Positions 146,994 to 161,800 of a stretch of DNA of 248,000 bases are shown piece by piece. Position 1 is the stretch's first letter. Each line of letters begins with the position of its first letter. The notes below the pieces were generated by a model, which saw only the letters and a list, made by a program, of their open reading frames with translations, was not told the origin of the DNA and searched no databases. The stretch covers positions 102,196,001 to 102,444,000 of the forward strand of contig OX597821.1 of assembly GCA_951406725.2 (NCBI GenBank), written 5' to 3'. Source of the stretch: Octopus vulgaris. Taxonomy: Eukaryota. The position numbers and the translations under genes are program-made.

Positions 146994-149900
146994 CAAGATT
147001 AAAGTTCTCATTGGAACTATTTTCATCCCCATCCTAGTCTCCACTTATTTATGAGAAGACAAGGTGGAGTTTGCATCCCTAAAATTTTAAAACCAAGCTT
147101 CATATTATAAGCTAGCAATTTGCCTGCCCTCGCATCTTTTCAATCCTCATGAAAAAACTGGATAACTCCCCTCCAATGAATTATGATGAATGAATTATGA
147201 AATGAATTATGCCTCTGTTAATGCCAACAAGAACAAATTAAAGAGCGAAACATCATCATTGTTTTAGTACCCCTTTTCCATGTTCGCAAGGGCCGGACGG
147301 TATTCACTAAGATTTTATACGACTTGATGCCTTTCCCGTTACCAACCCAAGGCAATATTTTCCTATGAAGACACGTTTCCAAGAAAGACAACTGTCTGCA
147401 TATGACGCATTGTGAAGTGAAGAAAACAGTAACACAGACACAGGCGACAGGTTTCTTTCAGTTTGTCTACCAAATCCACTCACGAAAATTAGGTCAGCTC
147501 GAGACAGTGTCTTAAAAAGAGTTCCACTAACATCATGAAAGCAAGTGTAGAAAGAAGATATAATAATGCTAAGGATAAACTGTTCGGAAAAAACATATAC
147601 TAAAGAAAGAAAGAAAAAAAAAAAAAACCCACGAGATTGTCATAGGTAGATTGTGTATGATCATCTTTAACCATAAGGTCATCTCGACCTGGAGAACAAG
147701 TGATTCAGAACGGTAAGGGAAAACCTTTTTGTTTTCAAGTGTCAACGCTCTGCCGATCGCATTACAGAAGCTAGAGATTAACCTATATAATCTAAATTAA
147801 AGCACATTTTTCGTCACACTATTATATTATTAAGTAAACGTTAGTAAAAACAAATAAGCTGCTTTTAATTTAATGACACTGAAAAAGAGAAAGGAATGAC
147901 AAATTTTTATATAGGATGAACCATACCTCAAGTAGTGGAGGTTGTGGTAGTAAGTATAGTAAATAAAGTGGGAACTGCGATGCACTGGTGCACCGCAAGG
148001 GGTATTTAAGTGCGCTGCGGGCTTTAAAATCTTACACTCTCATGCTTGAGTGTCGTGACAAAAAAGTTTTATTTAGAAGTATGAATAATAAAAACAACGT
148101 AAGAAGCAATTGTGGGCGAACTTTCAGAATAGCCATCCCACTTAAGTTGGAATTTCTGTTTTAGGGATTTTCTCAATTTTTTTGTACCTACATTTCAAAA
148201 GAATGGGGAAACGGGTGGGGGAAACCCCATCGTGTCTTCGCAACAGCAACCACCACTAAAATGATCATTTTTTTTTTTTTCGGACAGAAAAATGTTTTTA
148301 CAAACTGGCAAAAGTATGAAGGAATGAAAAGAAAAACGATAGGTGACCTTTGGTTTTAAGACAGCTGCCTTAAATAACAACATCAACCCTTTTGTTACTG
148401 TGTTTATTTTGAGATATTCAATATTTCTTTCAATTATTTAAAATATAACAAAGAATTTAATTAAATAACTTAATTATCATTAAGCTAATGTTAGGGACAA
148501 AAATTGCAACTAAGGTTTGGTGGAAGATTTTAACTCAAAACTTATGAAAACAAGACATTTATTTGTACTACAGAACCAGAAGCGGTTTTAGCCAGGTTGG
148601 TAAGAAAAGGGTTAAAACAGTTTTAATTTTAAACAACTCCATTATACCGCATCCACAGACACCTAAATGCATAGTAGCTTTTTGTGACTGCTAATATCAC
148701 GAGAAGGTACTATACATGTAGTACTTCAGAAATAACAGCTGAGGTACACCGTTCCAACGTACTTATACCCAGCAACGAATAACATCACCGAGAGGTAATT
148801 CAGTGACTTGTATGTCGAGGAATGATAGCCAACACTGTTACATGGGAGCGATGCAATAATCCTTGCACGAAAACTTTTACAGAAAGAACCGACGGGAAAT
148901 GGTGGCATTGTTCCTGTCGATTCACGTTTTATACTGTTTATCAGAATTCACCGCCGTGACTTTCGGTTAGGTTTTTAAAGAAATCCCTAACGGCATCCAC
149001 GGTTTATGTTCACAGGTTGTTTTAATTTAGACCAGTGGGCTCGAAGGTAAAGAATACGTACACCCCACCCGTTTTCGGCGTAACAAAAACCGGCATTCTT
149101 TCGATATAGCTCGACAAAATCAAAACACTTCATTTCGGGTATTTCCGTGGAAGCAAATGAGTTCGATTCCGTTTTCTGCTTGGAAATTCGCGAATTTTAC
149201 ATACATGAAACATTGCTGGCATAATTTCGTTATAGCTATACTCCACAACCCACGGAAATACCCGAAGTGAAATGTCTCGACCATGTCGACCTATATCGAA
149301 GGAATGCCCCAAAACCCTAACCCCTAGTGTGCGTATTCTTTATTTTCGCCATTATATATATGTCAGGCAAAAACGAAATTCGTTGTTTACTTATGTCAGT
149401 TCACGTTTATGACAAGGCCGGCTAATAACAAACCTATTCAATCAATTTACTTTCAGTTTTATTTTGAAAACCACTAAACTGTTTTCTAACCTCTAACAGT
149501 AATTAACCCACGTGGTGACAATGTCGAAGCCGGTCGAATATCGCTCGAAATGTTTATGTGAAGACGCTAGCACATTCGTTATTAAAATATCCGTTTAACT
149601 GAGTTTCTGTTAGATGAGATTAATATATAACCATGCCTTTCCTACGCCACGAAAGGTCTATGAAATACAGTAAATATTAATTTCTAATCGAAACACAATG
149701 TCATATTTTGAGAGAGTATAATTAAGACAGACCGTAATTTCGATCTTTGTACATATAAAATAGCGAACGAAATAGTAAGCAAAATAATCTGTAATGGTAA
149801 ATACAGGAATTCCCTTTTTTTATTCTGTTCGAAGTATTTAATATAGTTTCTTTAACTTTTAAATATATGCAGAGCAATGCTCAGATAATTATTTGAAACC

Positions 149901-152559
149901 TCTTGTAAATTTATCTGCGAACAATTATCGATTCTAGAAGGGTGAAAAGCCAGGATGGCCACTCCGAAAGTAAAGATATTTAGTGGTACATTCTAAAGCA
150001 GATGAACTTTTCTGGCGGAATTTTAGAACAGCTAAAAGAGCGGTTTTCTTCTGTAATATCCTCATGTTTCATACGACAGAAATTGAAATTATGAGTCTGA
150101 CCCCCACTCCCAATCTATTTATTTTTTTTTATATACATTTCTTTCCAGCCTTTCCGCTGAGGTAAGGGACTACGAAGGCACAGCTGTTCCAAAACTCTGC
150201 CGATTCCCTTAAGACGAGAGTGAATTGTAAAAACCGTATTTTAACGTGTATGAGGAACCCTTTTTCTATCAAAATTAGGTTTCTAAATTTTAAGCCCTCC
150301 AAATTTGAGGGTTCCTTATACACGTTAAAATATGGTAATTAAGAATCTGCGAAAGTATACACGCCAATCAAAAATAACGAATCGTTTAAGTTCATAAGCA
150401 ATTTAAATGTCAGTATGAATGAGTTCAACCTCAAGTACTTCTCGTACTTAAAAAAAGAAGTAAATATGATATAATAAATTGTCGCACTGGTCTCAAGGTT
150501 TGAACCATTAAAAATTTTTTTTAGATTTTTCAGATATTCATCAATGAATTGTTTCAAATTTGAATGTTTAAAAGCAGGTAAAAATGTGATTTCCCCACCG
150601 ATGCTGTCAAGAAAATATTTAAAATAATAACTAAAATATTTTAAAAAGGGGGGGAAAAAAATACATACATAGCGATGCAAACTTAGAGACTTTTCTTCGG
150701 TTAAATTCCATTGGTGTCGGTTGCGTGTAAACAAACAGGCAGAGAGAGAGATGTGAACCGTTGAAAAAGGAGTGAAACAATCTATATGGGATCTCGCCCC
150801 AGTCAAGTTATTGTCACGGACAAGAGATTAATTTGCAACTTTAAATTTACTACTACTACTGTTACAAAAAAAAAAAAAAAAAAATCAAGTATTATGATTA
150901 TCGAGACGGGGTGCGGTGGCGGTGATAGTCCTAGAGGGACGAGTAATGATATAAATAAAAACGAGATGGATAGTTGACATTGTTTCTGTTCTTTATTTGT
151001 TACGGGGTCACGAACTGGGAAAGCAGCAATATTTATCATAGCTATTGTGGGTTTTTTTTTTTTTTTTTTTTTTAAATAGGAAAAGCAGCGAGGATAGTCA
151101 TGGACACAATAGAAAAAGAAAGGAAAGAAGAGAGAAACGAGGAGTGGCAGCAAAGAGAAGGTTTATATTATTATTATTTTTTAAGACGTAAGCCGGCGGA
151201 ATAGTAAACACGCCGGGCAAAAACGTCTTTAAGTTCTGAATTAAAATTCCGCCGAAGTCGACTTTGCCTTTCTTCGTTTCGGAGTCGATAAATTAAGTAC
151301 CATCGTCGATGTAAAAAACTAGTCCCCTCCCAACAAATTTCAAGCGATGTGCCTATTATAGAAAGGATTAGTATTGTTGTTACAGGCAGAATCGTTAGCA
151401 TGTTAGACGAAAATGCTTAGCGGTATTTCGTCTGCCGTCACGTTCTGAGTTCAAATTCCGCCGAGGTCGACTTTGCTTTTCATCCTTCCGGGGTCGATTC
151501 CAGTACCAGTTACGCACTGGGGTCGATATAATCGACTCAATCCGTTTGTTTAGCCCCTTGTGGGTAGTAAAGAAATAGGTATTTCGCCAGTCGCTACGTT
151601 CTGAGTTCAAATTCCGCTGAGGTCGACTTCGCTTTTCATCCTTTCGGAGTTGATAAATTAAGTACCAGTGAAATACTGGGGTCAATGTAATCGACTTAAT
151701 CCCTTCCCCCAAATATGAGGTCTTGTGCTTCCAGCAGAAAGGATTATTATTATTGTTTGAGAGAAAAGAAAATTTAGCTTAGACCACGAGAATAATTTGC
151801 TCTGGACTAGATCGAATAACAAGAATGTTAAGTTGGTTTGTTGTTTGTAGTAGTTTTTCATAGGGTGAAGAGTGGGTTTACAAAGGGAAAAAAATTGGGT
151901 GGGTGTGGATATTTAACCCTACGTAATTTACCGATTTTAAAAATTTTATTTTCAAAATTAATTGAAACAAATGGCAACGAAAAAGGAGCAATAAAAATTT
152001 GGCACAAAGCCAGCAATGTTAGGGGAGTTCGTTGATAACCTTATTTTATTGACCGTGGAAGAATGAAAGGCAAAGTCGAACTAGACGGGATTCAAACTCA
152101 GAACGTAAAGAGCCAGAAGAAATGTTGCTAAGCATTTTGTCCGACACGCCAACGATTCTGCTGGCCGCCTTCAGTTGCAAATTATGACATAAGGCCAGTA
152201 ATTTTAGGGAAGGGATTATGTTGGTCTGATCGATTTCGGTATTTGACCGGTACTTTATTATATAGACGTCGACAGGGTGAAAGGCAAGGTCGACCGTGGC
152301 GGAATTTGAACTCAGAATGTAAAGAGCCGGAAGAAATGATACTAAATATTTTTGTACGAAGTGCTAACGATCCTGCCACCCTGTTACCTTGAATTTGAGA
152401 TGGTATTAAACGTTGGCGGTTTTTCGAACTTTGTACATATATGTTGGAGGAAACTGAAATATAAACAGGATAGTCAAGATCGGTCATTCTTGTGATTCTT
152501 AAACGGTTCATCATTTGTTTGTAATATTTGAACGGTGACAAGTCTAAACAAATGCCATT

Positions 152560-152890
152560 CACATTTGACGGATATTTGTCCTCCTCTTTGTTGTTAACAC
152601 AACGTTTCGGCTGATATACCCTCCAGCCTTTATCAGGTGTCTTGGGGAAATTTCGAGCCTGGGTTCTCATTCCTATGTTGTTGTTGTTATTATTATTATT
152701 ATTATTCAGGTCACTGTCTGGAATCGAACTCGGAATCTTGGGGTTAGTAGCCCGTGCTCTTAATCACTACGCCATATGCCCGGGAATATGGGCGTAGTGC
152801 TTAAGAGCGCGGGCTATTAACCCCAAGATTCCAGGTAGTGATCTGAATAATAATAATAACAACAACATACCTTAGGAATGAGAACCTCGT
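152560..152890. mobile_element. Penelope-like terminal repeat enclosing a head-to-head tRNA-derived palindrome
   Basis: Outer part carries aacgtttcggctgatataccctccagcc...tcag (a copy without the palindrome is at ~110950-111060); inner arms are 152701-152777 and 152786-152850. Confidence 0.6.
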
Positions 152891-155800
152891 CCCCTCAAAA
152901 TTGCAGGCCTTGATAATAATTAGCATTATCTACTGTTATTATAAAAGAGGCAAACTGGTAGAATCATTAGATTGGTAGAAAATGCCTTGCGGTATTTGTT
153001 CCGACTCATTACATTCGGAGTTCAAATCTAATCGAGGGTGTCTTTGTAACGCTCGTGCATGTCTAAAAGTGTCAAGGGGAAGGTTCAAAAACAAAAAAAA
153101 ACAAAAAACGTGACAGTGTGAATGAAGAAATATGTCAAATATGTGACTATTATTTGTCTTTACTCTAGCCAGCACCAATCGTTTCATCTTGCCTTATTTG
153201 CGCTGCAAGTAAAAACTACAACTGAAATCCTGTTTAAAAAAAGGTGGACGTCTTACGCCAGTCTGGCTTTCTAAGTTGATGATGTCCGTCGTCTCTATAC
153301 ATTCAACATATTCCAACGTCATTCATGCTACAAGATCTACCTTCTCACATGTCAATTTGCCGCAGTCGTCACGTAACGGTTATAAAGCCAGGTTGAAAAG
153401 CGAGGAAAGTAAAGCTCGCTGAACAAAACTAAACCACACTCCCCACACATCACACGCAAATATGAACTTAGGCAACAAAAATAGATAAGTTGTCAATCTT
153501 TTTTGCCAAACCAGAAGAGTCCTTATAGTTAGTGTTTACTAACTGTTTTTATATTTTAGTCATTAACCCATAAAGTGCTAGGATTTGCACTTACATAGCA
153601 TGAACTGCTGAGCACATTTTATGAAAATGAGACTACCATGCACACATAAAAAATATTTAAAAAATAGTCAAAATATCTTCTTAGTATAAAATGGTGGCAA
153701 GTTTTACATCATCTGAAAAGTCATTAGTTGAACTATTTAGTCCTCTTGCATTCTGGGGGGTATCGGAGTGTTTGAATGACATTAGACCCCAACAAACGCC
153801 CATAACTTAAATGCACCTATCTGGGCCACAATTGTGCCCTGTTGACCCGTGCCTAACGGCCACCATCGTGGCCCGTCGCGCTTTATGTGTTAAGCTACTG
153901 CGAAATAAAATCTTAACCGGGATAAAAAGCTGGTAACAGTGACCATCTGTACGGTTCGGTTTGCTAGAAGCAACAGCCAAATCTACTCCAAATCAGATAT
154001 CTTCTTTCTATTCAAAAAAAAAAAGAAGACAACAATGAAGTTGCAATAATCAGGACGAGGAGTGGGAGATAGATACTATGAAGACGAGATTTTGTCTCCA
154101 AATGCTGGTCTTAGTCATTGGACAGCGGCCATGCTGGGACATCGCATTGAAGGGTTCAGTTGAATAAATCGATCACAGTACTTATTTTCCGAAGTCTGGT
154201 ACTTATTCTATCGCTGTTTTGTCTAAACGCTAAATTGGGACATAAATAAACCAACACTGGTTGTCAAGCAGCGGAGAGGGACAAACACAAAGACACACAC
154301 GCGTTACATACGATGAGTTTCCATACAGTTTCCGTCGACCGGGGACTCTAATAGATGACTCTTGTCCAAGGTGCTAATCATGTCTGCTAGATCAAGGCTG
154401 CGCTGGAGCTGAACAACAACAGTATCTTAGACAGCTGTCTTAGTATTATTATAAGCCCCAGGGAAAATCAGTGCACTGGGTCCTATAGTATTTATTGACA
154501 GCATTATGTATACATTACATACACAGACATATGTAAATGTATACATATCTATCTATCCATCCACACACAAACGCGATGAGCTTTCACAGTTTCCGTTAAA
154601 TTCGCTCACAAGACATTGGTCGGCCCGGGACTGTAGAAGACATTTGCCTAAAATGCCAAGGAGTGGGAACGAACGCGAAACCACGTGGTTGCAAAGCGAA
154701 TTTCTTAATCACACAGCCATGCCCACGCCTATATCTGAACTACACATGTAAATAAACATGAGCCGGTCACAGCTGGAGTACTTTTGATCGTAGGTATGCG
154801 CGATCAAGATGACACGGAGATTAAAAAAATATAAAAAAACGACCACCTCCACCTGCTGCTATTGTATCGTACACACACACAGACACTCAGCAGCAAAAAA
154901 CAAACAAAACTGAATTCATAGACGGAGAGAGAGAGCACTTGGCTGGTGATAAATTTATGTATCAAATACCGCAACTGGTGGACTTCGACACCTCAGCGTT
155001 TATAGTTCCGTTGAAATTTATGAAGTTTTAGGCCTTTCTTAGATAGACTGTAAGTACTTGAATGTTATCACAAGTAGGTATGATAATAGCCCGTTACTGT
155101 TCTGTTCTGTATAGATTCAAGTCGACCTCTGACACTTCAGATGACCCCCAAACTCAGAAAGGGAAGGAAGAGGGGGAGAGAGAGAGAGGTAGGTATGAAA
155201 GAGGGAGATGGAAGGAGGGACAGAGAGGGGTATAGAGGAAATATTCTAACTCTTCACTTTCAGAATTTTTCTCACTCTGAGATGAAATAGGAAACAGTTA
155301 TTGGGCATAGAGAATCAATGACTCACAGACGCCAGCCATTTCCCCCTGATTTCTTTTTTTCAACCACCAGAACAACTTAGGACTTATGAAAGGAATGCTT
155401 CATTTACTCAGAACGTATGAAAATAGTTGGGAATAAAAAAACAACAACAACAAAAGAGAATGAGGGGTAAGTCAGTGTTAGCTTATTTAATGCAGGGATC
155501 ATTAAAAATAGCTAACTATAAATAAACATGCGGCGAAGAAAAAAAAACCCTCAAAAAAGAAAAACAAACCGATATTCTATATCGGTTAATGAGTAATAAT
155601 CTCTTTTTGGTACTTTTTGGTTATCTCACTCCCATTAAAAACTGGGTTATCCCCACCCCCGTTTTACGAGAAATATCGGTTCTTTTGGTTATACCTAACT
155701 AAAAAAATTGTTTAACCGTCAACGACAACAAAAAAGAAAAAGAAAAAATTAATAAACATAAAAAGCGAAAAGATGAAACATCGCTTTGAATCTCTCTTTT

Positions 155801-158800
155801 ACTTGTTTCAGTCATTTGACCGCGGCCATGCTGGAGCACCGACCTTAGTCGAGCAAATCGACCCCGGGACTTATTCACACGGTTCCGAGTTCAGTCCCAC
155901 TGCGTGGCATCTTGGGCAAGTGTCTTCTACTATAACCTCGGGTCGACCAAAACCTTGTGAGTGGATTTGGTAGACGGAAACTGTGTGTGACTGTGTTTGT
156001 CCCCCTAGCATTACTTGACAACTGATGCTGGTGTATTTATGTTCCCAATAACATTTTTATAACAAATCATACCATGCCTATCGAGGAGGCCTAACGCCAA
156101 CAATGAGTTCAAGTATTGAATCAAAAAGACCTCTTTTAATCCAATCTCTTGTCGTCACATTAACTGGATTTTTTAGTAGGGAGATATGGCAATTTTTTAA
156201 AGGGGGTGAGATAAACAAAAAGTACCCTCTTTTCTTTTTTTCTGGGTTAGTTTGGGAAAGAAATTCAGACAAGTCCCACTCTTTTCTGGTCTCATCAGTA
156301 AAGCATAGAGTTCACTGTAATTATCTAAGAAGAACCGAAAGAGTTGCTAAGTAAACGAGCGGCTATAGGATTAACATATAATCTCCTCGATCAAAATTGA
156401 GAAAATATCGGACAGCTGCTGTAGAACTGAAGAAAAATAAACAAGAGATTTAAGTGAATGCGAAATACACGCTAACATTAGCCATTTTGTTTTATATTTG
156501 GTTTGTAAGATTCTTGATGTGAACTCGTGTGTTGAAACATATCTTGCTGTATTTTGGGAAGGTCATTATATCAGTAATAAACACACGCACTGGTTCTATT
156601 TCACTTCTTTATTTGATAATTGGTTAACTATTTAACCAATAGATTTTTTTGGTTAATCGTTCGGCCAATCAATCAACAAAGTTTGTTACCACTCGCGACA
156701 CCATCAAGAACAGCTTCATCATCCAGCAGTCCTGGACTATAGAAATAGCATGTAATCGGTGAAGTCGAAAATGGTGTTGAAAGGACTTTGACAAAACTAG
156801 CTGACTGATTGATTGACTGAACGATTAATCAAACAATCAATTACTGAAATGGCCGACTAATTGATAAAAAAATAAAGTGAGATAGAACCAGCGCGCGTTT
156901 CTCATTGGCATAATGACCCACCTGAGATTTAAAAAAAATACGATTTACATCTGCTTTACATTGTTACATTTGTTTCTTAGCCCTAACTTTAAACTATAAT
157001 ATCGCATTAAAATTTAGCTGAGTAAACCCTAAACCCTTTCCAACCACTACGTCTTTTGAAAGGCAATATTACAGTAATCACTCGCCATATTGCGCCCTCG
157101 GTACATCGCTAATTTTTCTGGCTAATAGATGTAAATTTATATCGCGGACTCCTCAGTTTATCGCGGGTTTCTGCGGCCGACAGGTATTTATATTTTTTTA
157201 GATTTTAATTATTTCTGTGGTAAAATAAGCATTTTCACACCAAAAAGTTGATAAAAATACAGTACAGCACTGCACTGTATAACAAATAAAATTTATAAAT
157301 AAAAGAAAATACGTAGTGTACCGTAAATGAGAGTAAACAAAGAATCGCACATACTATAGGGAAAACGAAACTCGGGAGACGAGTGTATGGTGTTGTTTTG
157401 CATTTATAATAATATAGACTTATACAAATTATAAAAAAGAAAAAAATACACTACTGTTTCTACGCGGATTTTCACCTATCGCGGGGTTTTTTTGGAACGT
157501 AACACCCGCGTTAGTCGAGGTATTACTGTAAACCTTTCCCCATCAAGATAGGAACACGAGAATAATTTGTAACGTATTCAGTCAGTGCCAATACAGAACC
157601 TCTGGTAAATAATATACCAAGTCGACACAAATGGTTATCGTTACATAAACGAAAGAGTGACGTTTATTAAATTTACACCAACAACAGAACTGGTAATACG
157701 TAGCATTATTTTGTTATTCTATCGTTGTGCATTGGCTTACTGTAAGAAAGAAGAAAAGGTCATGTTACTTTTAGTAGGATGGACTTTTTATTTTCCTTCC
157801 TGTTTATGTAATTTTGTAGTAGTATTTTTAGATAAGACAAAAGAAAAAAAAAAGATACTTGATTTCGGCATCTTTTGTAAATGCAGCAACAAAGATACTC
157901 TTTCATTTCAAAGCAGTCGAAGGACAAAAGACACTTGACGAGAAATGTTAATAGCATTTCATTTATCTTTTCTCTCTCTCTCTCATTTTATTCTTTTACT
158001 TGTTTCAGTGACTAAGACTGCGGCCATGCTGGGACAACTCACTTGAAAGGTTTAGTCGAAAAAAGACCGATCTCTGTACTTATTCTTTTAAACAATCCCA
158101 TACTCATACAATCGGACCTTTTTGCCGAACCGCTAATTAATGGGTGCGTAAACAAACCAACATCGGTGGCCAAGGAATGTGGCAACAAAGGGTACGTACA
158201 CACACACACATAAATATGTATAAGACAGGCTTCTACACAGTTTCCGTCCACTTGATTAACTATTAAAGTATTGGTCAGTCCAGGCCTATAGCAGGAGACA
158301 CTTGCCCAAGGTGTCCTGCGATGGGACTGAACTCAAAACCAGCGATAGGAAAGCTAACTTCTTAACCACACAACCATACCACACTCCTCCCCCCTCTTTT
158401 CACACACAATATTCATTCTCTCCTTTTTCTTTATCTCTTCCTATCATAATCCTGGCTTTTTTATGTCTGTTTTTGCATATATAGTTTTCTCAATAATCTT
158501 TATTTTTTTCCGAAGAGGGATTTTTTCTGAAACGTCAACGCCTTCTTAATAACTCCACACCAATTTTATTAAACTATTCTTTTTTTTAACGAGGATCTTT
158601 TCGGTTTGAACAGCAGTTTTTTCTAGCGGTGTCATATGAAATTGTCACCCATATTATGACCCTAGTATCGATCTATTGCATTTCAATCTGTTTTAGGGTT
158701 CGGGGTGGGGGGAAGGGTATCTTTTTTTCTTCACAAATGTAAATAAACTCAATCTGTTTCTTAAACGAGGGACATATTCATACGGCACAGAATATTTTTT

Positions 158801-159279
158801 AAACCTCAATAGACGTATTTGATTTGCTGAAATTGCAGAAATTGAAGAAAAAAACAAATATCTTACAAACTATAGAATTTTCTCAATAAAGCCAAGAGAA
158901 AAATATGTTTTATAAACACATTCTACCAGTATACGAAGTTTAACATTTTTTAGTTACCTAGAAATTATGTTAAAAACTGCCGTTCAAACCGAAAAGATCT
159001 TTTGACGAAACACCATTTAGTTTCCTAAAGCCCTGATTTTTATTTAACCACTCTTTGCTCGATATTTTTACTATCATCTCAATCAAACTACATAGTTTTT
159101 ATTTTAAGACTTCCCCGTAAATTCTTACTTTCAATTTTACATTTAGTCCTGTCAATAAACTCCACTTTCACCTATCGCTCTCACATATTCTAATTCCTTT
159201 TCATTTCTATTCTCTTCATCTACAAGTCATCACTGTTTAACTTCTACACACACAACAAACAATATAACAATCATCAACT

Positions 159280-159900
159280 AAGGCGGAGAGATGGCAGAAA
159301 CGTTAGCACGCCGGGCGAGATGCTTAGCGGTATTTCGTCTGTCGTTACGTTCTGAGTTCAAATTCCGCCGAGGTCGACTTTGCCTTTCATCCTTTCGGGG
159401 TCGATAAATTAAGTACCAGTTAAGCACTGGGGTCGATATAATCGACTTAATACCTATGTCTGTCCATGTTTGTCCCCTCTGTGTTTAGCCCCTTGTGGGT
159501 AGTAAAAAAATAGGTATTTCGTCTGCCAATACGTTCTGAGTTCAAATTCCGCCGAGGTCGACTTTGCCTTTCATCCTTTCTAGGTCGATTAAATAAGTAC
159601 CAGTTGCGCACTAGGGTCGATATAAGAGACTTAATCCGTTTGTCTGTCCTTGTTTGTTCTCTCTGTGTTTAGCACCTTGTGGGTAGTAAAGAAATAGGTA
159701 TTTCATCGGTCTTTACGTTGTGAGTTCAAATTCCGTCGAGGTCGACTTTGCCTTTCATCTTTTCGGGAGTCGATAAATTAAGTAATGAATTAATTTAAGT
159801 AATTTTTAATACTTCAATTAAGTATTAGTGAAACACTGGGGCCGATATAATTGGCTTACCGCAACCCCAAAATTGTTGGCCTTGTGCCACAATTTCAAAG
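159280..159900 (+). mobile_element. Tandem concatemer of tRNA-derived SINE family B (Deu/Nin-like central domain)
   Basis: One full head followed by ~184-bp repeats restarting at ggtat|ttcgtc (159518, 159702); central motif gcctttcatcctttcggggtcgataaattaagtaccag. Confidence 0.8.
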
Positions 159901-161398
159901 TAATCAACAATAATATTTACCTATGGGCTCGGAGAAATCCATATTGGCAGCAGTGTACTGTTGGTGGTTTTCAAACCATCCTATTTCTTCAGATGTAAAC
160001 ATTCCTGGAAGAAAGAAAGAAAAAAAGATATCAAAAGAAGTCAAAACTGAGATGGAAATTCCAAACATTAGGTCATTTAACAAAGAAAGAAAAGTGGGAA
160101 AGGAGTAACGTAGAGGAAACACGAAACGAAAGAGGATTTTAAATAACGGTGTGAGAGAGAGGAGGACATCAGTACAATGTGTATGTGTGTCTTTTCTCTT
160201 GACAGCTTGATTAATTATAAATGACCAGAGAGAGAGAAAATATTGGACGGTCAAAATGCATTGCGGTATTTCGGCTGCCGTTACGTTGTGAGTTCAAATT
160301 CCGCTGAGGTCGACAAATTAAGTACCAGTTACGCACTGGGGTCGATGTAATCGACTTAATACCTATGTCTGTCCTTGTTTGTCCCCTCTATGTTTAGCCC
160401 CTTGTGGGTAATAAAGAAATAGGTATTTAGAATCAACATTAAAAAAAAAAAAAAAATTTTAATCATTCTGAGATGCTTAATAAATATGTACCAATCATGT
160501 TCCGGCGTACTACCGTATTTATTCGTGTATAAGTTGCAGCCCTAATTTAGTGTTGAATCTTTGTACAAAATATTTTCCATTCAGTTTTAGATTGCCCTGT
160601 GCATCGGACACCTCTCAGTTTTTCATAAAAATAAAATCAAGCATAAAAAAGTGCAACTCATGCACAAGTAAATACGGTTTATTAGATTGGTTGTGTCCTT
160701 TCTAGAGAATTTCTGGCCTTATACCAATTCTATACAAATCAATATATCACTGGTGTGTGATTTCTGCCTTATCGCGTGGGTTAGTGGTCAGGGTAGTCGT
160801 TCATGATCGTAAGGTCGTGAGTTCGATTCCCGACGGTGCGTTGTGTTCTTGAGCAAGAGACTTTACTTCACGTTGCTCCGGTCTACGCAGTTAGCAAAAA
160901 TAAGTTATACCTGTAATTCCAAAGGCCAGCCATCTCACATCCTGTATCACGCTGAATCTCCACCAGGACTACGTTAAGAACACGCATGTCAGTAAAGTGC
161001 TCGGCTCCTTAAACGTTAATTTCACGAGCAAGCTGTTCAGTTAATCGGAGCAACTGGGACACTTGTCTTCGTAACCGACGGAGTACCAGTTCCTAGGTGT
161101 ATTTTAACGAAAGTCTGCGACCTACTGCGCATTCTAGCAAAGAATTTCTTCTTAGAACCTACACCTCAAATTGGTACTTTTTGGTTATCTCAACCCCATT
161201 AAAAATTGGGTTATCTCCCCTCGGTTTTCAGAAAAATATCGAAACTTTTGGTTATCGCCTTCAACTAAAATATTGTTTAACAGTCAATAAAAAAAAAGAT
161301 GAAAAAATTAATAAACATATAAAAGGAAAAGATGAAACCGTTTTGAATCTGATAATATTTTTTAAAACAAATACAAAACTGAAAAAATTAAACATCTA

Positions 161399-161800
161399 GG
161401 CGCAGGAGTGGCTGTGTGGTAAGTAGCTTGCTAACCAACCACATGGTTCCGGGTTCAGTCCCACTGCGTGGCATCTTGGGCAAGTGTCTTCTGCTATAGC
161501 CCCGGGCCGACCAATGCCTTGTGAGTGGATTTGGTAGACGGAAACTGAAAGAAGCCTGTCGTATATATGTATATGTATGTGTGTGTGTGTTTGTGTGTGT
161601 GTGTTTGTCCCCCTAGCATTGCTTGACAACCGATGCTAGTGTGTTTACGTCCCCGTCACTTAGCGGTTCGGCAAAAGAGACCGATAGAATAAGTACTGGG
161701 CTTACAAAGAATAAGTCCCGGGGTCGATTTGCTCGACTAAAAGGCGGTGCTCCAGCATGGCCGCAGTCAAATGACTGAAACAAATAAAAGAGTAAAGAGT
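161399..161800 (+). mobile_element. Full-length tRNA-derived SINE family A (representative copy)
   Basis: Head with A/B-box-like motifs, CORE-like cttgggcaagtgtcttc, internal (TA/TG)n and tail ...gactgaaacaa(a/g)taaaagagtaaaagag; dozens of copies in the window. Confidence 0.85.

Noticed and set aside
161399-161470. SINE heads as tRNA genes
   Set aside because: They have A/B boxes but no intact cloverleaf; only 62816-62887 is a real tRNA.
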